Source of the DNA: Rhodobacterales bacterium
Lineage (GTDB): Bacteria; Pseudomonadota; Alphaproteobacteria; Rhodobacterales; Rhodobacteraceae
Reading direction: 5' to 3'
Length of the DNA stretch: 64,000 nucleotides
NCBI GenBank assembly: GCA_047921315.1
Contig: JBLRWJ010000001.1
Coordinates: forward strand, 46,791 to 110,790
The translations under genes were made by a program, and so were the position numbers. Under the pieces are notes generated by a model. The model did no database searches, was not told the DNA's origin, and worked only from the letters and a program-made list of their open reading frames with translations. Below are positions 39,049 through 50,167 of the stretch, piece by piece; the stretch's first letter is position 1; the number at the start of each line of letters is the position of its first letter.

Positions 39049-40347
39049 ATGAATGATGACGTTATTGAAGTTCCCGAAACCATCGAGCGGCTGAATCTGG
39101 GCGAGCTTAAGGCCAAGAGTCCAAAGGACCTTTTGGCGATGGCCGAGGATCTTGAGATCGAGAATGCGTCAACCATGCGGAAAGGCGATATGATGTTCGC
39201 CATCCTCAAGGAAATGGCCGAAGAGGGTTGGGAAATTGGCGGCGATGGTGTGCTGGAGGTGCTTCAGGACGGATTCGGCTTTCTGCGCTCGCCTGAGGCC
39301 AACTATCTGCCCGGCCCCGATGATATCTATGTGTCCCCGGAAATGATCCGGCAATATGCGTTGCGGACAGGTGATTCCATCGATGGTGTTATGAAAGCGC
39401 CGGAAGAGAACGAACGGTACTTTGCGCTGACAAGCATAAACTCGATCAATTTCGAAAACCCGGATCGGGCTCGTCATAAGATTGCGTTTGAAAACCTGAC
39501 GCCGCTCTATCCAGATGAGCGCCTGAAGATGGAGATCGAAGATCCGACGATCAAAGACCGCTCTGCAAGGATTATTGATCTGGTGGCACCGATCGGGAAA
39601 GGCCAACGGTCATTGATCGTTGCGCCACCGCGAACCGGTAAGACAGTGTTGCTGCAGAATATCGCGCATTCGATCGAGCGTAATCATCCAGAGTGTTATC
39701 TGATCGTTCTGTTGATTGATGAACGGCCGGAAGAAGTGACAGATATGCAGCGTTCCGTGAAAGGGGAGGTGATCTCTTCTACCTTTGATGAGCCTGCAAC
39801 GCGCCATGTGGCCGTATCGGAAATGGTGATCGAAAAGGCCAAGCGTCTGGTTGAACATAAGCGTGACGTTGTGATCTTGCTGGATAGTATCACGCGCCTT
39901 GGGCGTGCGTTCAACACGGTGGTGCCTTCCTCTGGTAAGGTACTCACCGGCGGTGTGGACGCAAACGCCTTGCAGCGGCCCAAACGGTTCTTTGGTGCGG
40001 CGCGAAATGTCGAAGAAGGTGGTTCGCTGACAATCATTGCAACGGCGCTTGTTGATACAGGTAGCCGCATGGATGAGGTCATCTTTGAAGAGTTCAAAGG
40101 AACAGGTAACTCGGAAATCGTGCTGGACCGTAAAGTTGCAGATAAACGCGTGTTCCCGGCGATGGATATTCTCAAATCTGGAACACGCAAGGAAGACTTG
40201 CTGGTTGATGCAAAGGATTTGCATAAAACATTTGTCTTGCGGCGTATTCTCAACCCGATGGGTACGACAGATGCTATCGAATTCCTGATCTCGAAATTGA
40301 AACAGACCAAAACAAACAGCGAGTTTTTCGATTCAATGAACTCGTAA
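39049..40347 (+). CDS. rho: transcription termination factor Rho
   Basis: N-terminal [30 protein letters not shown]-binding domain GFGFLR, and Walker [16 protein letters not shown]. Start at MNDDVIE (ATG 39049); the track ORF (38935) is an artefactual extension. Confidence 0.95.
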   Translation: MNDDVIEVPETIERLNLGELKAKSPKDLLAMAEDLEIENASTMRKGDMMFAILKEMAEEGWEIGGDGVLEVLQDGFGFLRSPEANYLPGPDDIYVSPEMIRQYALRTGDSIDGVMKAPEENERYFALTSINSINFENPDRARHKIAFENLTPLYPDERLKMEIEDPTIKDRSARIIDLVAPIGKGQRSLIVAPPRTGKTVLLQNIAHSIERNHPECYLIVLLIDERPEEVTDMQRSVKGEVISSTFDEPATRHVAVSEMVIEKAKRLVEHKRDVVILLDSITRLGRAFNTVVPSSGKVLTGGVDANALQRPKRFFGAARNVEEGGSLTIIATALVDTGSRMDEVIFEEFKGTGNSEIVLDRKVADKRVFPAMDILKSGTRKEDLLVDAKDLHKTFVLRRILNPMGTTDAIEFLISKLKQTKTNSEFFDSMNS

Positions 40348-40380
40348 CTTTGTTTATTAAAACATAGGGTTACACTGTTC

Positions 40381-41667
40381 ATGGATACTATCTATGCCCT
40401 TGCTACTGCTCAGGGACGGGCAGGTGTGGCCGTTATACGGATTTCGGGACCGGGTGCTTTTGACGCTTGCCAGCTATTGTCTGGCATCGTGCCAGAGCCG
40501 CGTATCGCTACTCTCAGGGTTCTTAAAGATCAATCTGGTCTGAGATTGGACGAGGCGCTGGTTCTGGCCTTTCCCCATGGCGCCAGCTTTACGGGTGAAG
40601 CTGTTGTTGAGTTGCATCTGCATGGTAGTGCTGCTGTGATCTCAGCCGTTTTGCGGTGTCTTTCTGAAATGCCCGATTTGCGCGCAGCAGAGGCAGGGGA
40701 GTTCACGCGGCGTGCATTGGAGAATGGGCGGTTGGATCTGGCGCAGGTTGAGGGCCTTGCCGATCTGATTGATGCAGAAACCGAAGCGCAGCGGCGTCAA
40801 GCGCTGCGTGTTCTATCTGGCGATCTTGGAAGTCTGGCTGAAGGTTGGCGTCGGGATCTGATCCGTGCTGCAGCGTTACTGGAAGCGACGATTGATTTTG
40901 TTGATGAAGACGTTCCAGTTGACGTCACGCCAGAGGTGTCAGACCTGTTGAACCGCGTGAAAACAGCTTTGACGCGAGAGATTGACGGCGTAAAAACAGC
41001 AGAGCGCATACGCTCCGGGTTTGAAGTGGCCATCGTGGGCGCGCCCAATGTAGGCAAATCAACCTTACTGAACGCACTTGCCGGGCGCGATGCCGCCATC
41101 ACATCAGAATTTGCCGGTACAACACGGGACATTATCGAAGTCCGCATGGATCTGGATGGGCTTCCGGTGACGTTGCTGGATACGGCCGGCCTGCGTGAGA
41201 CCACGGATGTTGTTGAAGGGATCGGTATTCGCCGCGCCAAAGAGCGTGCTGCTCGGGCAGATTTGCGGGTGTTTCTGATCGAGGATGGTGTGGATACCGA
41301 TGTTTCACCGCTGCCGGATGACATCATCGTAAAAGCCAAGGCTGATCTTTTGGTGGATAAAACGGGCGCGGTTTCCGGGATCAGTGGTGAAGGGATCGAA
41401 TCTCTGGTAAGAGAGATTTCCGATCGGTTGTCGAAACGGGCAGCGAATCCTGGTATTGCAACGCGAGAGCGGCATAGGGTGGCTTTACTGAGGGCAAATA
41501 CCTGTCTGGGGGATGCTTTTCGGCATCTTGAATTTGGTCCTGATATGTATGATCTGGCGGCGGAAGAGATACGACAGGCAACAAGAGCACTGGAATCGCT
41601 GGTTGGTCGGGTGGATGTTGAGAATTTGTTGGATGAAATCTTCTCTAGCTTTTGTGTTGGGAAATGA
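40381..41667 (+). CDS. mnmE: tRNA modification GTPase MnmE
   Basis: [24 protein letters not shown]1 [14 protein letters not shown], and the C-terminal CVGK motif. Confidence 0.95.
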   Translation: MDTIYALATAQGRAGVAVIRISGPGAFDACQLLSGIVPEPRIATLRVLKDQSGLRLDEALVLAFPHGASFTGEAVVELHLHGSAAVISAVLRCLSEMPDLRAAEAGEFTRRALENGRLDLAQVEGLADLIDAETEAQRRQALRVLSGDLGSLAEGWRRDLIRAAALLEATIDFVDEDVPVDVTPEVSDLLNRVKTALTREIDGVKTAERIRSGFEVAIVGAPNVGKSTLLNALAGRDAAITSEFAGTTRDIIEVRMDLDGLPVTLLDTAGLRETTDVVEGIGIRRAKERAARADLRVFLIEDGVDTDVSPLPDDIIVKAKADLLVDKTGAVSGISGEGIESLVREISDRLSKRAANPGIATRERHRVALLRANTCLGDAFRHLEFGPDMYDLAAEEIRQATRALESLVGRVDVENLLDEIFSSFCVGK

Positions 41668-41670
41668 GGA

Positions 41671-43548
41671 ATGTTTCACGTGAAACAATCTGACTTCGAT
41701 GTGATAGTCGTGGGTGGCGGCCATGCCGGTGCAGAGGCGGCGCATTCTGCGGCGCGTATGGGCGCAAGGACAGCGCTGATTACGATTTCACGCGCAGGCA
41801 TTGGCGTTATGTCCTGTAATCCCGCGATCGGGGGGCTTGGTAAGGGCCACCTTGTGCGTGAGATTGATGCAATGGATGGTGTTATGGGGCGTGTTGCTGA
41901 TGCCTCCGGTATACAGTTTCGTCTCTTGAATCGGCGCAAAGGCCCGGCCGTGCAGGGCCCACGGACGCAGTCTGACAGGCGCGTTTACCGGGATACGATG
42001 CAGAAGGAATTGGCCCACGCCCTGGGGTTGACCATCATAGAAGCGGAAGTGACCGATTTTTTGATGCAAGGAGATGCGGTAGGCGGGGTCATTTTGTCTG
42101 ATGGCTCTCAAATAAATTCCCCAACCGTTGTGCTGACAACCGGAACCTTCCTGCGTGGGGTCATTCATATTGGCGACAAATCCCATCCCGGTGGACGTAT
42201 GGGGGATCGCCCATCTGTTCCCCTCGCTGAGCGTATGGATAGTTTTGGGCTTCCGTTGGGAAGGTTAAAAACAGGGACTCCGCCACGCCTGGATGGCAGA
42301 ACAATCAATTGGGATCTGTTGGAGACCCAGCCTGCCGATGAAAAACCTGTATTATTTTCGTTTCTTTCAAAGGCGCCTGCGTTGCGGCAGGTATCTTGCG
42401 GCATTACCCATACAAATCAACAAACGCATAATATTATTCAGGAAAACCTTAAACGATCCGCCATGTATGGCGGTTATATCGATGGGATTGGGCCAAGATA
42501 CTGCCCATCGATTGAGGATAAGGTCGTCCGTTTTTCGGATAAGTCATCGCATCAGATTTTTCTGGAACCGGAAAGTCTGGATGATCACACGATTTATCCT
42601 AATGGAATTTCAACCTCGCTTCCCGTAGATGTTCAGCACGAATATGTCCGCTCAATACGGGGCCTTGAGGGCGCGGTTATTCTTCAACCGGGCTATGCCA
42701 TTGAGTACGACTATGTCGATCCGCGCGCGTTGGATCTTCGCTTGGCGTTACGTGCGGTGCCGGGGCTTTTTCTTGCTGGCCAGATCAATGGAACGACAGG
42801 GTATGAAGAAGCCGCTGCGCAAGGGTTGGTTGCAGGTTTGAACGCTGCAGCACTTGCTTTGGGGCGTGAGCCGGTTATTTTTAGCCGCTCAGATAGCTAT
42901 ATTGGCGTGATGATTGACGATCTGGTATCTCGTGGGGTGTCAGAACCTTACCGGATGTTTACGTCAAGGGCGGAGTTCAGGCTGTCACTGCGTGCAGATA
43001 ATGCTGATCAGCGGTTGACTCAGAAGGGAATTGATCTGGGTTGCGTGGGGATAGAGCGTCAGGTTGCTTTCCGACAGAAAATGGCCGCTCTGGCACAAGG
43101 GCGAACTCTGCTTGATCAAAAAAGTTATACCTCGAAGTCGTTGAGTGGACTGGGCCTTACTGTCAATCAGGATGGTTCCCGCCGGACAGCTTTCCAACTT
43201 TTGTCTTTTCCAGATGTTACTTTTGACCATCTTTTGCAGCTTGATCCGGAACTGAGTGTGATTGACGATGACTCCCGAACGCAACTGTCCCGCGATGCCC
43301 TGTACGCAAATTACATTGAGCGTCAGCAGAAAGACATCGATGCGATGCGGCGAGACGAGGGGCACGCGATACCAGAGGATTTTCAATTTTCCTTGATAGA
43401 CGGGCTGTCAAACGAGTTGAAGTCCAAGCTGGAGCGTACCCGGCCCGCAAACCTTTTGCAGGCAGGGCGAATCGATGGAATGACGCCAGCAGCCTTAACC
43501 CTTCTTCTGGCAAAACTGCGCCAAGCGCGGCGGGAGAAGTCCGCATGA
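41671..43548 (+). CDS. mnmG: tRNA uridine 5-carboxymethylaminomethyl modification enzyme MnmG (GidA)
   Basis: FAD motif [15 protein letters not shown] and [20 protein letters not shown]. Confidence 0.95.
   Translation: MFHVKQSDFDVIVVGGGHAGAEAAHSAARMGARTALITISRAGIGVMSCNPAIGGLGKGHLVREIDAMDGVMGRVADASGIQFRLLNRRKGPAVQGPRTQSDRRVYRDTMQKELAHALGLTIIEAEVTDFLMQGDAVGGVILSDGSQINSPTVVLTTGTFLRGVIHIGDKSHPGGRMGDRPSVPLAERMDSFGLPLGRLKTGTPPRLDGRTINWDLLETQPADEKPVLFSFLSKAPALRQVSCGITHTNQQTHNIIQENLKRSAMYGGYIDGIGPRYCPSIEDKVVRFSDKSSHQIFLEPESLDDHTIYPNGISTSLPVDVQHEYVRSIRGLEGAVILQPGYAIEYDYVDPRALDLRLALRAVPGLFLAGQINGTTGYEEAAAQGLVAGLNAAALALGREPVIFSRSDSYIGVMIDDLVSRGVSEPYRMFTSRAEFRLSLRADNADQRLTQKGIDLGCVGIERQVAFRQKMAALAQGRTLLDQKSYTSKSLSGLGLTVNQDGSRRTAFQLLSFPDVTFDHLLQLDPELSVIDDDSRTQLSRDALYANYIERQQKDIDAMRRDEGHAIPEDFQFSLIDGLSNELKSKLERTRPANLLQAGRIDGMTPAALTLLLAKLRQARREKSA
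41672..41687. other. parS centromere site (perfect palindrome TGTTTCACGTGAAACA)
   Basis: Exact 16-bp palindrome beginning at the second base of the mnmG ATG. Confidence 0.85.
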
Positions 43549-44162
43549 GCTTAGTGGCAGCTGACGATCTGAATGTTTCACGTGAAACATTTGAAAGCCT
43601 TGAGCGCTACGTTCAGCTGATAGAAAAATGGACACCCAAAATCAATTTGATAGCCAAGTCGACTGTCCCTGCAATATGGGACCGTCACATCAGCGATTCA
43701 CTTCAAGTATATCGGGCTGGACCTGAAGACTTTGATCTTTGGCTTGATCTGGGAAGTGGCGCGGGGTTGCCCGGGATTGTGGTTGCGATTATGGCGCGTG
43801 ACATACCAACGCAAGGGTTGATCCGCCTTGTTGAAAGTGACAAGCGGAAATCGGCCTTTCTTCGGACAGCTTTACGTGAGCTGGAGCTTGATGGAGAGGT
43901 GTTGCCAGAACGTATCGAGGTTTTGCAACCGCAATCGGCTGATGTTGTTTCGGCGCGGGCGTTGGCCGATTTGGGAACCTTGCTTGGCTACGCTCAGATG
44001 CATCTGAAAACGGGCGGGATCGCCCTTTTTCCAAAGGGTGCAAGCTGGCAGAAAGAGGTGGATGACGCGCAGCAAGAGTGGTCATTTACCTTTGATGCCC
44101 TTAAAAGTGAAACAGGACATGGATCTGTCGTTCTGAGAATCGGAGAAATATCGCGTGTCTGA
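43545..44162 (+). CDS. rsmG: 16S rRNA (guanine527-N7)-methyltransferase RsmG (GidB)
   Basis: [13 protein letters not shown]-terminal motif and SAM motif [20 protein letters not shown] overlap with mnmG. Confidence 0.93.
   Translation: MSLVAADDLNVSRETFESLERYVQLIEKWTPKINLIAKSTVPAIWDRHISDSLQVYRAGPEDFDLWLDLGSGAGLPGIVVAIMARDIPTQGLIRLVESDKRKSAFLRTALRELELDGEVLPERIEVLQPQSADVVSARALADLGTLLGYAQMHLKTGGIALFPKGASWQKEVDDAQQEWSFTFDALKSETGHGSVVLRIGEISRV
43574..43589. other. parS centromere site (perfect palindrome TGTTTCACGTGAAACA)
   Basis: Exact 16-bp palindrome, identical to the copy at 41672, inside rsmG codons N-V-S-R-E-T. Confidence 0.85.
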
Positions 44163-44982
44163 TCCGTTACGCCCGCCGGGACCCCGCATTATTGCTATCG
44201 CAAACCAAAAAGGCGGCGTCGGAAAGACCACGACCACCATCAATCTGGGTGCGGCCCTTGCTCAGTGTAGCTGTAAGGTATTGGTGATTGATCTTGACCC
44301 GCAGGGCAATGCATCGACCGGTTTGGGGATTGCCCCTGATAATCGCGATTACACCACCTATGAACTGTTGTTGGATGATGTCAGCCTGCAGGACGTTATT
44401 CAACCAACGGCGACAGAAGAGCTGCACATTGTTCCGGCCACCGTTGATCTCAGCTCTGCGGATGTAGAGCTTGTGTCGAATGAAAAGCGTAGCTTTCTGT
44501 TGCATGATGCGTTGCGTCAATTCGCAATGGATGAACTGAACTATGACTACATATTGATAGATTGCCCGCCATCTCTCAATCTGTTGACGGTGAATGCAAT
44601 GGTTGCGGCCCATTCAGTGTTGGTGCCGCTGCAGTCAGAGTTTTTCGCTCTTGAGGGGTTGTCGCAACTGATGCTCACCATTCGTGAGGTCAGACAAACC
44701 GCCAATGCGGCTCTCAGGATCGAAGGGGTTGTGTTAACGATGTATGATAGCCGCAATAACCTGTCCCAGCAGGTAGAGCTTGATGCGCGGGAGAATTTGG
44801 GCGAGTTGGTTTTCAAGACAGTAATCCCGCGGAATGTCAGACTGTCCGAGGCGCCGTCTTTCGCAAAGTCGGTTCTGGATTATGATCCAGATTCCAAAGG
44901 CGCGCGCGCCTACATCGCCTTGGCGGAAGAGCTGTTATTGAATCATGGCCGTTTGGTCGTAAGCGAAGGGGCGGGGGTATGA
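44155..44982 (+). CDS. parA: chromosome partitioning ATPase ParA
   Basis: Deviant Walker A NQKGGVGKTTTTINL. Overlaps both rsmG and parB. Confidence 0.95.
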   Translation: MSDPLRPPGPRIIAIANQKGGVGKTTTTINLGAALAQCSCKVLVIDLDPQGNASTGLGIAPDNRDYTTYELLLDDVSLQDVIQPTATEELHIVPATVDLSSADVELVSNEKRSFLLHDALRQFAMDELNYDYILIDCPPSLNLLTVNAMVAAHSVLVPLQSEFFALEGLSQLMLTIREVRQTANAALRIEGVVLTMYDSRNNLSQQVELDARENLGELVFKTVIPRNVRLSEAPSFAKSVLDYDPDSKGARAYIALAEELLLNHGRLVVSEGAGV

Positions 44983-45887
44983 CCGATAAGAAGCCTAAAA
45001 TGCGTGGATTGGGGCGCGGGCTTTCGGCGCTCATGGCCGATGTAGCGCCTGATGATGATCGTGGGTCTGCTTCGCAGCAATCCAGAAGGCCGGATTTTCT
45101 TGTTCCGATCGAGAAAGTCTTTCCCAACCCGAATCAGCCGAGGCGCAGTTTTGTTGCCGAACAGTTAGAGGATCTGGCAGCATCCATTCGCGAGAAAGGC
45201 GTCATCCAGCCGTTGATCGTGCGCCGTCGGGTCTTGGCAGAAGGTACATTTGAGATCGTCGCGGGGGAGCGCCGCTGGCGTGCCGCGCAGATGGCGCAGT
45301 TACACGAGTTGCCAGTCTTGCTGCGAGAGTTTGACGATACAGAAGTTCTGGAAATCGCCATTATCGAGAATATCCAAAGGGCTGATCTGAACCCCGTTGA
45401 GGAGGCTGCTGGATACAAGCAGTTGATGGAAAAGTTTGGTCATACACAAGATAAGCTGTCTGAAGTGCTTGGAAAAAGCCGCAGTTACATCGCTAATCTG
45501 GTGCGCCTGTTGCAGTTGCCAGAAGAGGTCCAGGCCTATTTGCGGGATGGCAAAATGTCCGCGGGTCATGCCCGTGCCTTGATTACTGCGGCAGATCCGG
45601 TCGCTTTGGCGCGCAAGGTCATTCAGGATGGCTTGTCTGTGCGTGAGACTGAACGCTTGGCAAAGGCGCAGCAAGAAGCAGGGGATGAGAAAGCAAGGCC
45701 AAAGCCAAAGGATCGTGCGCCAAGCGAGAAAGACGCCGATACGCGTGCTTTAGAGGCCGATCTTTCCGCTAACCTGCGTATGAAAGTATCAATCCAGCAT
45801 GAGGCTGGGCTTGAATCCGGCGTGGTCACCGTGCGCTATGCGAGCCTGGATGATCTGGATGTTCTTTGCCAAAAGCTTGGGTCTTGA
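44979..45887 (+). CDS. parB: chromosome partitioning protein ParB
   Basis: GLGRGLSAL, PNQPRR, arginine patch GERRWRAA, and IENIQRADLNPVEEA. Confidence 0.95.
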   Translation: MTDKKPKMRGLGRGLSALMADVAPDDDRGSASQQSRRPDFLVPIEKVFPNPNQPRRSFVAEQLEDLAASIREKGVIQPLIVRRRVLAEGTFEIVAGERRWRAAQMAQLHELPVLLREFDDTEVLEIAIIENIQRADLNPVEEAAGYKQLMEKFGHTQDKLSEVLGKSRSYIANLVRLLQLPEEVQAYLRDGKMSAGHARALITAADPVALARKVIQDGLSVRETERLAKAQQEAGDEKARPKPKDRAPSEKDADTRALEADLSANLRMKVSIQHEAGLESGVVTVRYASLDDLDVLCQKLGS

Positions 45888-45891
45888 ACGA

Positions 45892-47061
45892 TCAGTTCGT
45901 CAGAAGGTCTGCCAGTATCGCGTTCAGCACCATTCTGCCTTGCCTTGTTGCGGCTATCCGTGTGGCGCTGGCCGTGATCATGCCCAGGTCCACCAAATTA
46001 TCCAGCCGATCTTGGGGAAGTTTGTGCCCGGCAAGCTGCAAATAGCGATCAGGATCAATACCTTCGACCAATCTTAAGCCCATCATGAGAAACTCGCTGG
46101 CCTGATCATCGGCTGACAGACTGTCACGTGTCTTCTCAGTTGTGTTGCGCTCGACCCGGTCCAGCCACTGACCCGGATTGCTGAACGCCTCGGTTGCAAA
46201 GCGTTTTCCGCCCAAGGTTATGCGGCCATGGGCACCGGGGCCGATACCGATGTAGTCGCCATAGGACCAATAGACCCTGTTATGCCGGGATTCAGCGCCG
46301 GGTCTTGCGTGGTTGGATATTTCATAACATTCAAACCCAGCGGCTTCGCATAGGTCTTGGGTTGCAAGATACATGTCAGCCGATACATCGTCTGTTGGCA
46401 GCCCCTTCAAGCGGCCCCGCGCGTAGCGATCACCAAAGGCGGTGCCTTCTTCGATCGTTAACTGGTAGAGGGAAAGGTGGTCCACCGCCATATCCAGAGC
46501 TTGCTTCAACTCGGATTTCCAAGCCTCAAGGGATTGGTCCTGTCGGGCATAGATCAAATCAAAACTGACCCGTTCAAATTGATGACGGGCTATGTCAAAG
46601 GCGGCCAAAGCCTCCTTTACAGAATGAACACGGCCCAGCCGCTGCAGGCTGTGATCGTCAAGTGACTGAATTCCCATAGAAATTCTGTTCACGCCTGCAT
46701 CAGAATATCCTTTGAAGCGGCCAGCCTCGACAGAACCGGGATTCGCTTCTAGCGTCACTTCTATATCATTGGCTTGTGGCCAGTGGTGTTTAATGCGCGC
46801 CAAGACGCCTGCAACCACATCGGGATTCATCAGGCTGGGGGTGCCGCCCCCAAAAAACACAGAGGTCAATACACGCCCGGGCGTTTGCTGCGCATATCGG
46901 TCAAGTTCAGTCAGGTAGGCCTTTAACCAACGGGATTGATCAATCTGCAATGAGACATGGCTGTTGAAGTCGCAATAGGGGCATTTGGCCTGACAAAACG
47001 GCCAATGCAGATAAATGGCGAACCCGCCTTGTTGCCAATCCTCACTCAAAACAGCCTGCAA
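45892..47061 (-). CDS. hemW: radical SAM heme chaperone HemW (HemN-like)
   Basis: CQAKCPYCDFNS radical-SAM cluster motif and FFGGGTPS. Only 4 bp separate its stop from the convergent parB stop. Confidence 0.88.
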   Translation of the reverse strand: MQAVLSEDWQQGGFAIYLHWPFCQAKCPYCDFNSHVSLQIDQSRWLKAYLTELDRYAQQTPGRVLTSVFFGGGTPSLMNPDVVAGVLARIKHHWPQANDIEVTLEANPGSVEAGRFKGYSDAGVNRISMGIQSLDDHSLQRLGRVHSVKEALAAFDIARHQFERVSFDLIYARQDQSLEAWKSELKQALDMAVDHLSLYQLTIEEGTAFGDRYARGRLKGLPTDDVSADMYLATQDLCEAAGFECYEISNHARPGAESRHNRVYWSYGDYIGIGPGAHGRITLGGKRFATEAFSNPGQWLDRVERNTTEKTRDSLSADDQASEFLMMGLRLVEGIDPDRYLQLAGHKLPQDRLDNLVDLGMITASATRIAATRQGRMVLNAILADLLTN

Positions 47062-47650
47062 CCAGTTTTCTGAACGCGTCAGAGCGATGGCTGATACGGT
47101 TCTTTTCCCAGCGGTCCATCTCGCCGAATGTCAGATCATACCCGTCTGGCTGGAAGATCGGATCATAGCCATGCCCCTGATCGCCGCGCATTGGCCAGAC
47201 AACCTGGCCTTTCATCACGCCTTCAAAAACCTCATCGTGACCATCCGGCCATGCCAGAACCAAAGTGCAGCAGAATTGCGCGGTCCGCGGGAACGGCGCA
47301 TTCGCGGCTTCAAGGGCATCATGCGCACGTGTCATGGCCAATTTGAAATCGCGGCCATCCGGCGTTTCGGCCCAATCAGCGGTGTAGACGCCGGGCGCGC
47401 CGTTCAGCGCATCAATCGCGATGCCGGAATCATCAGCCAGGGCCGGTAAGCCCGTAGCCCGCGATGCGGCATGGGCCTTGATCCGCGCGTTACCGATAAA
47501 GTTATCTTCAGTTTCCACCGGTTCAGGAAGATTCAACTCTGCTGCGCCCACAACATGAATGCCGAAGGGGCGCAGCAGATCGGCAATCTCTTCCAGTTTG
47601 CCGGCGTTATGTGTGGCTACCAAAAGACGATCGCCGGAAAATTTACGCAT
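47042..47650 (-). CDS. rdgB: non-canonical purine NTP pyrophosphatase RdgB/HAM1
   Basis: [22 protein letters not shown], and [11 protein letters not shown]. Start at MRKFSG (47650). Confidence 0.9.
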   Translation of the reverse strand: MRKFSGDRLLVATHNAGKLEEIADLLRPFGIHVVGAAELNLPEPVETEDNFIGNARIKAHAASRATGLPALADDSGIAIDALNGAPGVYTADWAETPDGRDFKLAMTRAHDALEAANAPFPRTAQFCCTLVLAWPDGHDEVFEGVMKGQVVWPMRGDQGHGYDPIFQPDGYDLTFGEMDRWEKNRISHRSDAFRKLVAGCFE

Positions 47651-48359
47651 CAACAGCAGCCCTTTGTGCCGCGACAAGATCTTTGACGCCAAGTTCGGCA
47701 AGATCCAGCAGCTCGTTCATCTGGGCGCGGGAATAGGTCGCGCCTTCGGCTGACATCTGCACCTCTATCAACTGACTGTTGGCCAGCATGATAAAGTTAC
47801 CGTCTACGCCTGCTTCGCTATCTTCGGGATAATCCAGATCAAGCACTGGCTGGCCTGCATAAATCCCGCAAGATACGGCAGCCACAGGCTGGATCAGCGG
47901 ATCGCTGATGACAGCGCCAGTTTTCATCAACTTGTCGACAGCCAGCCGCAGCGCGACCCAACCACCAGTGATAGATGCACAGCGCGTGCCGCCATCTGCT
48001 TGGATCACGTCACAATCAACTGTGATCTGGCGCTCGCCCAGCGCGACACGGTCAACGCCTGCCCGTAGCGAACGCCCGATCAACCGCTGGATTTCCACGG
48101 TTCTGCCGCCTTGCTTACCGCTGGTCGCCTCGCGGCGCATCCGGCTGGTGGTGGAGCGGGGCAGCATCCCGTATTCAGCTGTGACCCAGCCTAGCCCAGT
48201 TCCTTTGATAAAGGGCGGCACGCGGTCTTCGATTGTGGCAGTACACAGAACATGCGTGTCACCGATGCGGATCATACATGACCCTTCTGCATGTTTGGTT
48301 ACACCGGTTTCGATTGAAACCGTCCGCATCTCGTTTAGTTTTCGTCCTGACGGGCGCAT
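47643..48359 (-). CDS. rph: ribonuclease PH
   Basis: [12 protein letters not shown] start, [14 protein letters not shown], and [12 protein letters not shown]. Confidence 0.93.
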   Translation of the reverse strand: MRPSGRKLNEMRTVSIETGVTKHAEGSCMIRIGDTHVLCTATIEDRVPPFIKGTGLGWVTAEYGMLPRSTTSRMRREATSGKQGGRTVEIQRLIGRSLRAGVDRVALGERQITVDCDVIQADGGTRCASITGGWVALRLAVDKLMKTGAVISDPLIQPVAAVSCGIYAGQPVLDLDYPEDSEAGVDGNFIMLANSQLIEVQMSAEGATYSRAQMNELLDLAELGVKDLVAAQRAAVDA

Positions 48360-48474
48360 AAGGAAACCTTTCATTTGTTATCGCAGGGGATACAGCCCGT
48401 GATATCCCTAACGCAAGCCTGATTGACCTTTTGGCCCCATGCACTTTAATGGCGATCTGTTAGGAAAGTCTGTC

Positions 48475-49542
48475 ATGAAAGAAGGAACATCGATCCTAGA
48501 CGAGATGAACGACCGCTCGCGCGAGGTGTTTCGTCGTGTTGTTGAAGGGTATCTTGCAAGCGGTGATCCTGTCGGTAGCCGGACCTTGACCCGCAGCATG
48601 AATGAAAAGGTCAGCCCGGCAACCATCCGCAATGTCATGCAGGATCTGGAATATCTTGGCCTGTTGGGTAGCCCCCATGTCAGCGCCGGGCGCATTCCGA
48701 CACAGCGTGGCTTGCGCATGTTTGTTGACGGTCTGCTGGAGGTCAGCGATCTGAATGATCAGGACCGCCAGAAGATTGACGATACGATGGGCAGCAACAC
48801 ATCGGGTGTCACCGGGATGCTGGACCGGATCAGCACCGCGTTATCCGGTGTCACGCAAGGCGCATCGCTGGTATTGGCGCCCAAGCATGAGGCCCCGATC
48901 AAGCATGTCGAATTTGTGAGTTTGGCCCATGACCGCGCGCTTGTGGTGCTGGTTTTTGGCGATGGCCATGTCGAGAACCGGATTTTTACGCCGCCAGCGG
49001 GGCAAACTCCGTCTTCGATGCGCGAGGCTGCGAATTTCCTCAATGCTCTGATTGAGGGAAAGACCCTGTCGGATCTTCAGACCGCGATCCGCCGCGAAAT
49101 TGAATCGCGCCGTCAGGAGATTGACGGGCTGGCGCATGCGTTGGTGGAAAGCGGTCTTGCCGTCTGGGCAGGCGAAGGTGAGGCGCCAGAGCGTTTGATT
49201 GTCCGTGGTCGTGCCAATCTGCTGAACGCCAGCGGCGGCGGTGATGAGGAGCTGGACCGTATCCGCACGCTGTTTGATGATCTTGAGCGGAAGAAAGACA
49301 TCGCGGAATTCCTTGATCTGACACAGGATGGCGAAGGCGTGCGCATTTTTATTGGGTCTGAGAACAAACTTTTCTCACTTTCGGGTTCCTCTTTGGTTGT
49401 CAGTCCATATATGAACGCTGATCGTAAGATCATCGGCGCGGTCGGGGTTATCGGACCCACGCGCCTGAATTATGGACGCATTGTGCCGATTGTGGATTAC
49501 ACGGCACAACTGGTTGGCAGAATGATATCCGACCGGAGCTAG
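48475..49542 (+). CDS. hrcA: heat-inducible transcriptional repressor HrcA
   Basis: LDEMNDRSREVFRRVVEGYLASGDPVGSRTL winged-helix N-terminus and C-terminal VIGPTRLNYGRIVPIVDY. Confidence 0.92.
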   Translation: MKEGTSILDEMNDRSREVFRRVVEGYLASGDPVGSRTLTRSMNEKVSPATIRNVMQDLEYLGLLGSPHVSAGRIPTQRGLRMFVDGLLEVSDLNDQDRQKIDDTMGSNTSGVTGMLDRISTALSGVTQGASLVLAPKHEAPIKHVEFVSLAHDRALVVLVFGDGHVENRIFTPPAGQTPSSMREAANFLNALIEGKTLSDLQTAIRREIESRRQEIDGLAHALVESGLAVWAGEGEAPERLIVRGRANLLNASGGGDEELDRIRTLFDDLERKKDIAEFLDLTQDGEGVRIFIGSENKLFSLSGSSLVVSPYMNADRKIIGAVGVIGPTRLNYGRIVPIVDYTAQLVGRMISDRS

Positions 49543-49551
49543 AGGTGAGTG

Positions 49552-50115
49552 ATGGCAGAGCCGAAGAAAGACGATTTCCTTGATGATATCGAAACCGCCG
49601 AGGCGGAAGAATATGCCGAGGATTCGGCGGAATACAGTGATGAGGCGATTGAACTGGATAGTCTGAGAGCGGAGCGGGATGAGCTTAAGGACCGGTTCAT
49701 GCGCGCGCTGGCGGATGCCGAGAATGCGCGCAAACGCTCGGATAAGGACCGGCGCGAAGCGGAGCAGTATGGCGGCTCCAAACTGGCGCGGGATTTGCTT
49801 CCTGTACATGACAACCTGAAGCGCGCGCTGGAGGTTGCCACCGAGGAACAGCGCACCGCTTTCGGCCCCTTGCTGGAGGGGGTTGAGCTGACGCTGCGCG
49901 AATTGCTCAGCGTGTTCGGCAAGCACGGGATCACCGTGATTAGCCCGCAGGTCGGTGACCGGTTTGATCCGCAGATGCATCAGGCGATGTTTGAAGCCCC
50001 GGTTCCCGGCACAAAATCCGGGGAGATCATTCAGGTGTCCGGTGATGGTTTCATGCTTTATGACCGTCTGCTGCGTCCCGCGCAGGTTGGCGTTTCCTCT
50101 ATGCCGGCAAGCTGA
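49552..50115 (+). CDS. grpE: nucleotide exchange factor GrpE
   Basis: RALADAENARKR, LLPVHDNLKRAL, and GFMLYDRLLRPAQVGV. ATG at 49552 preferred to the adjacent GTG at 49549; GAGGTGA lies upstream. Confidence 0.93.
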   Translation: MAEPKKDDFLDDIETAEAEEYAEDSAEYSDEAIELDSLRAERDELKDRFMRALADAENARKRSDKDRREAEQYGGSKLARDLLPVHDNLKRALEVATEEQRTAFGPLLEGVELTLRELLSVFGKHGITVISPQVGDRFDPQMHQAMFEAPVPGTKSGEIIQVSGDGFMLYDRLLRPAQVGVSSMPAS

Positions 50116-50131
50116 CATCGGCAGATCAGAT

Positions 50132-50167
50132 AAAGAAGTGTCTCAATCAGATTTGGGACACTTCTTT
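50132..50167. terminator. bidirectional hairpin between grpE and convergent mutS
   Basis: AAAGAAGTGTC-(14 nt)-GACACTTCTTT: a perfect 11-bp stem. The right arm lies within the last codons of mutS. T/A-rich flanks on both strands. Confidence 0.6.

Noticed and set aside
48360-48474. I looked for a CIRCE operator (TTAGCACTC-N9-GAGTGCTAA) upstream of hrcA-grpE.
   Set aside because: No match. Only a weak 6-bp hairpin is present (GGGATA..TATCCC). In alphaproteobacteria CIRCE is usually at groESL rather than here.
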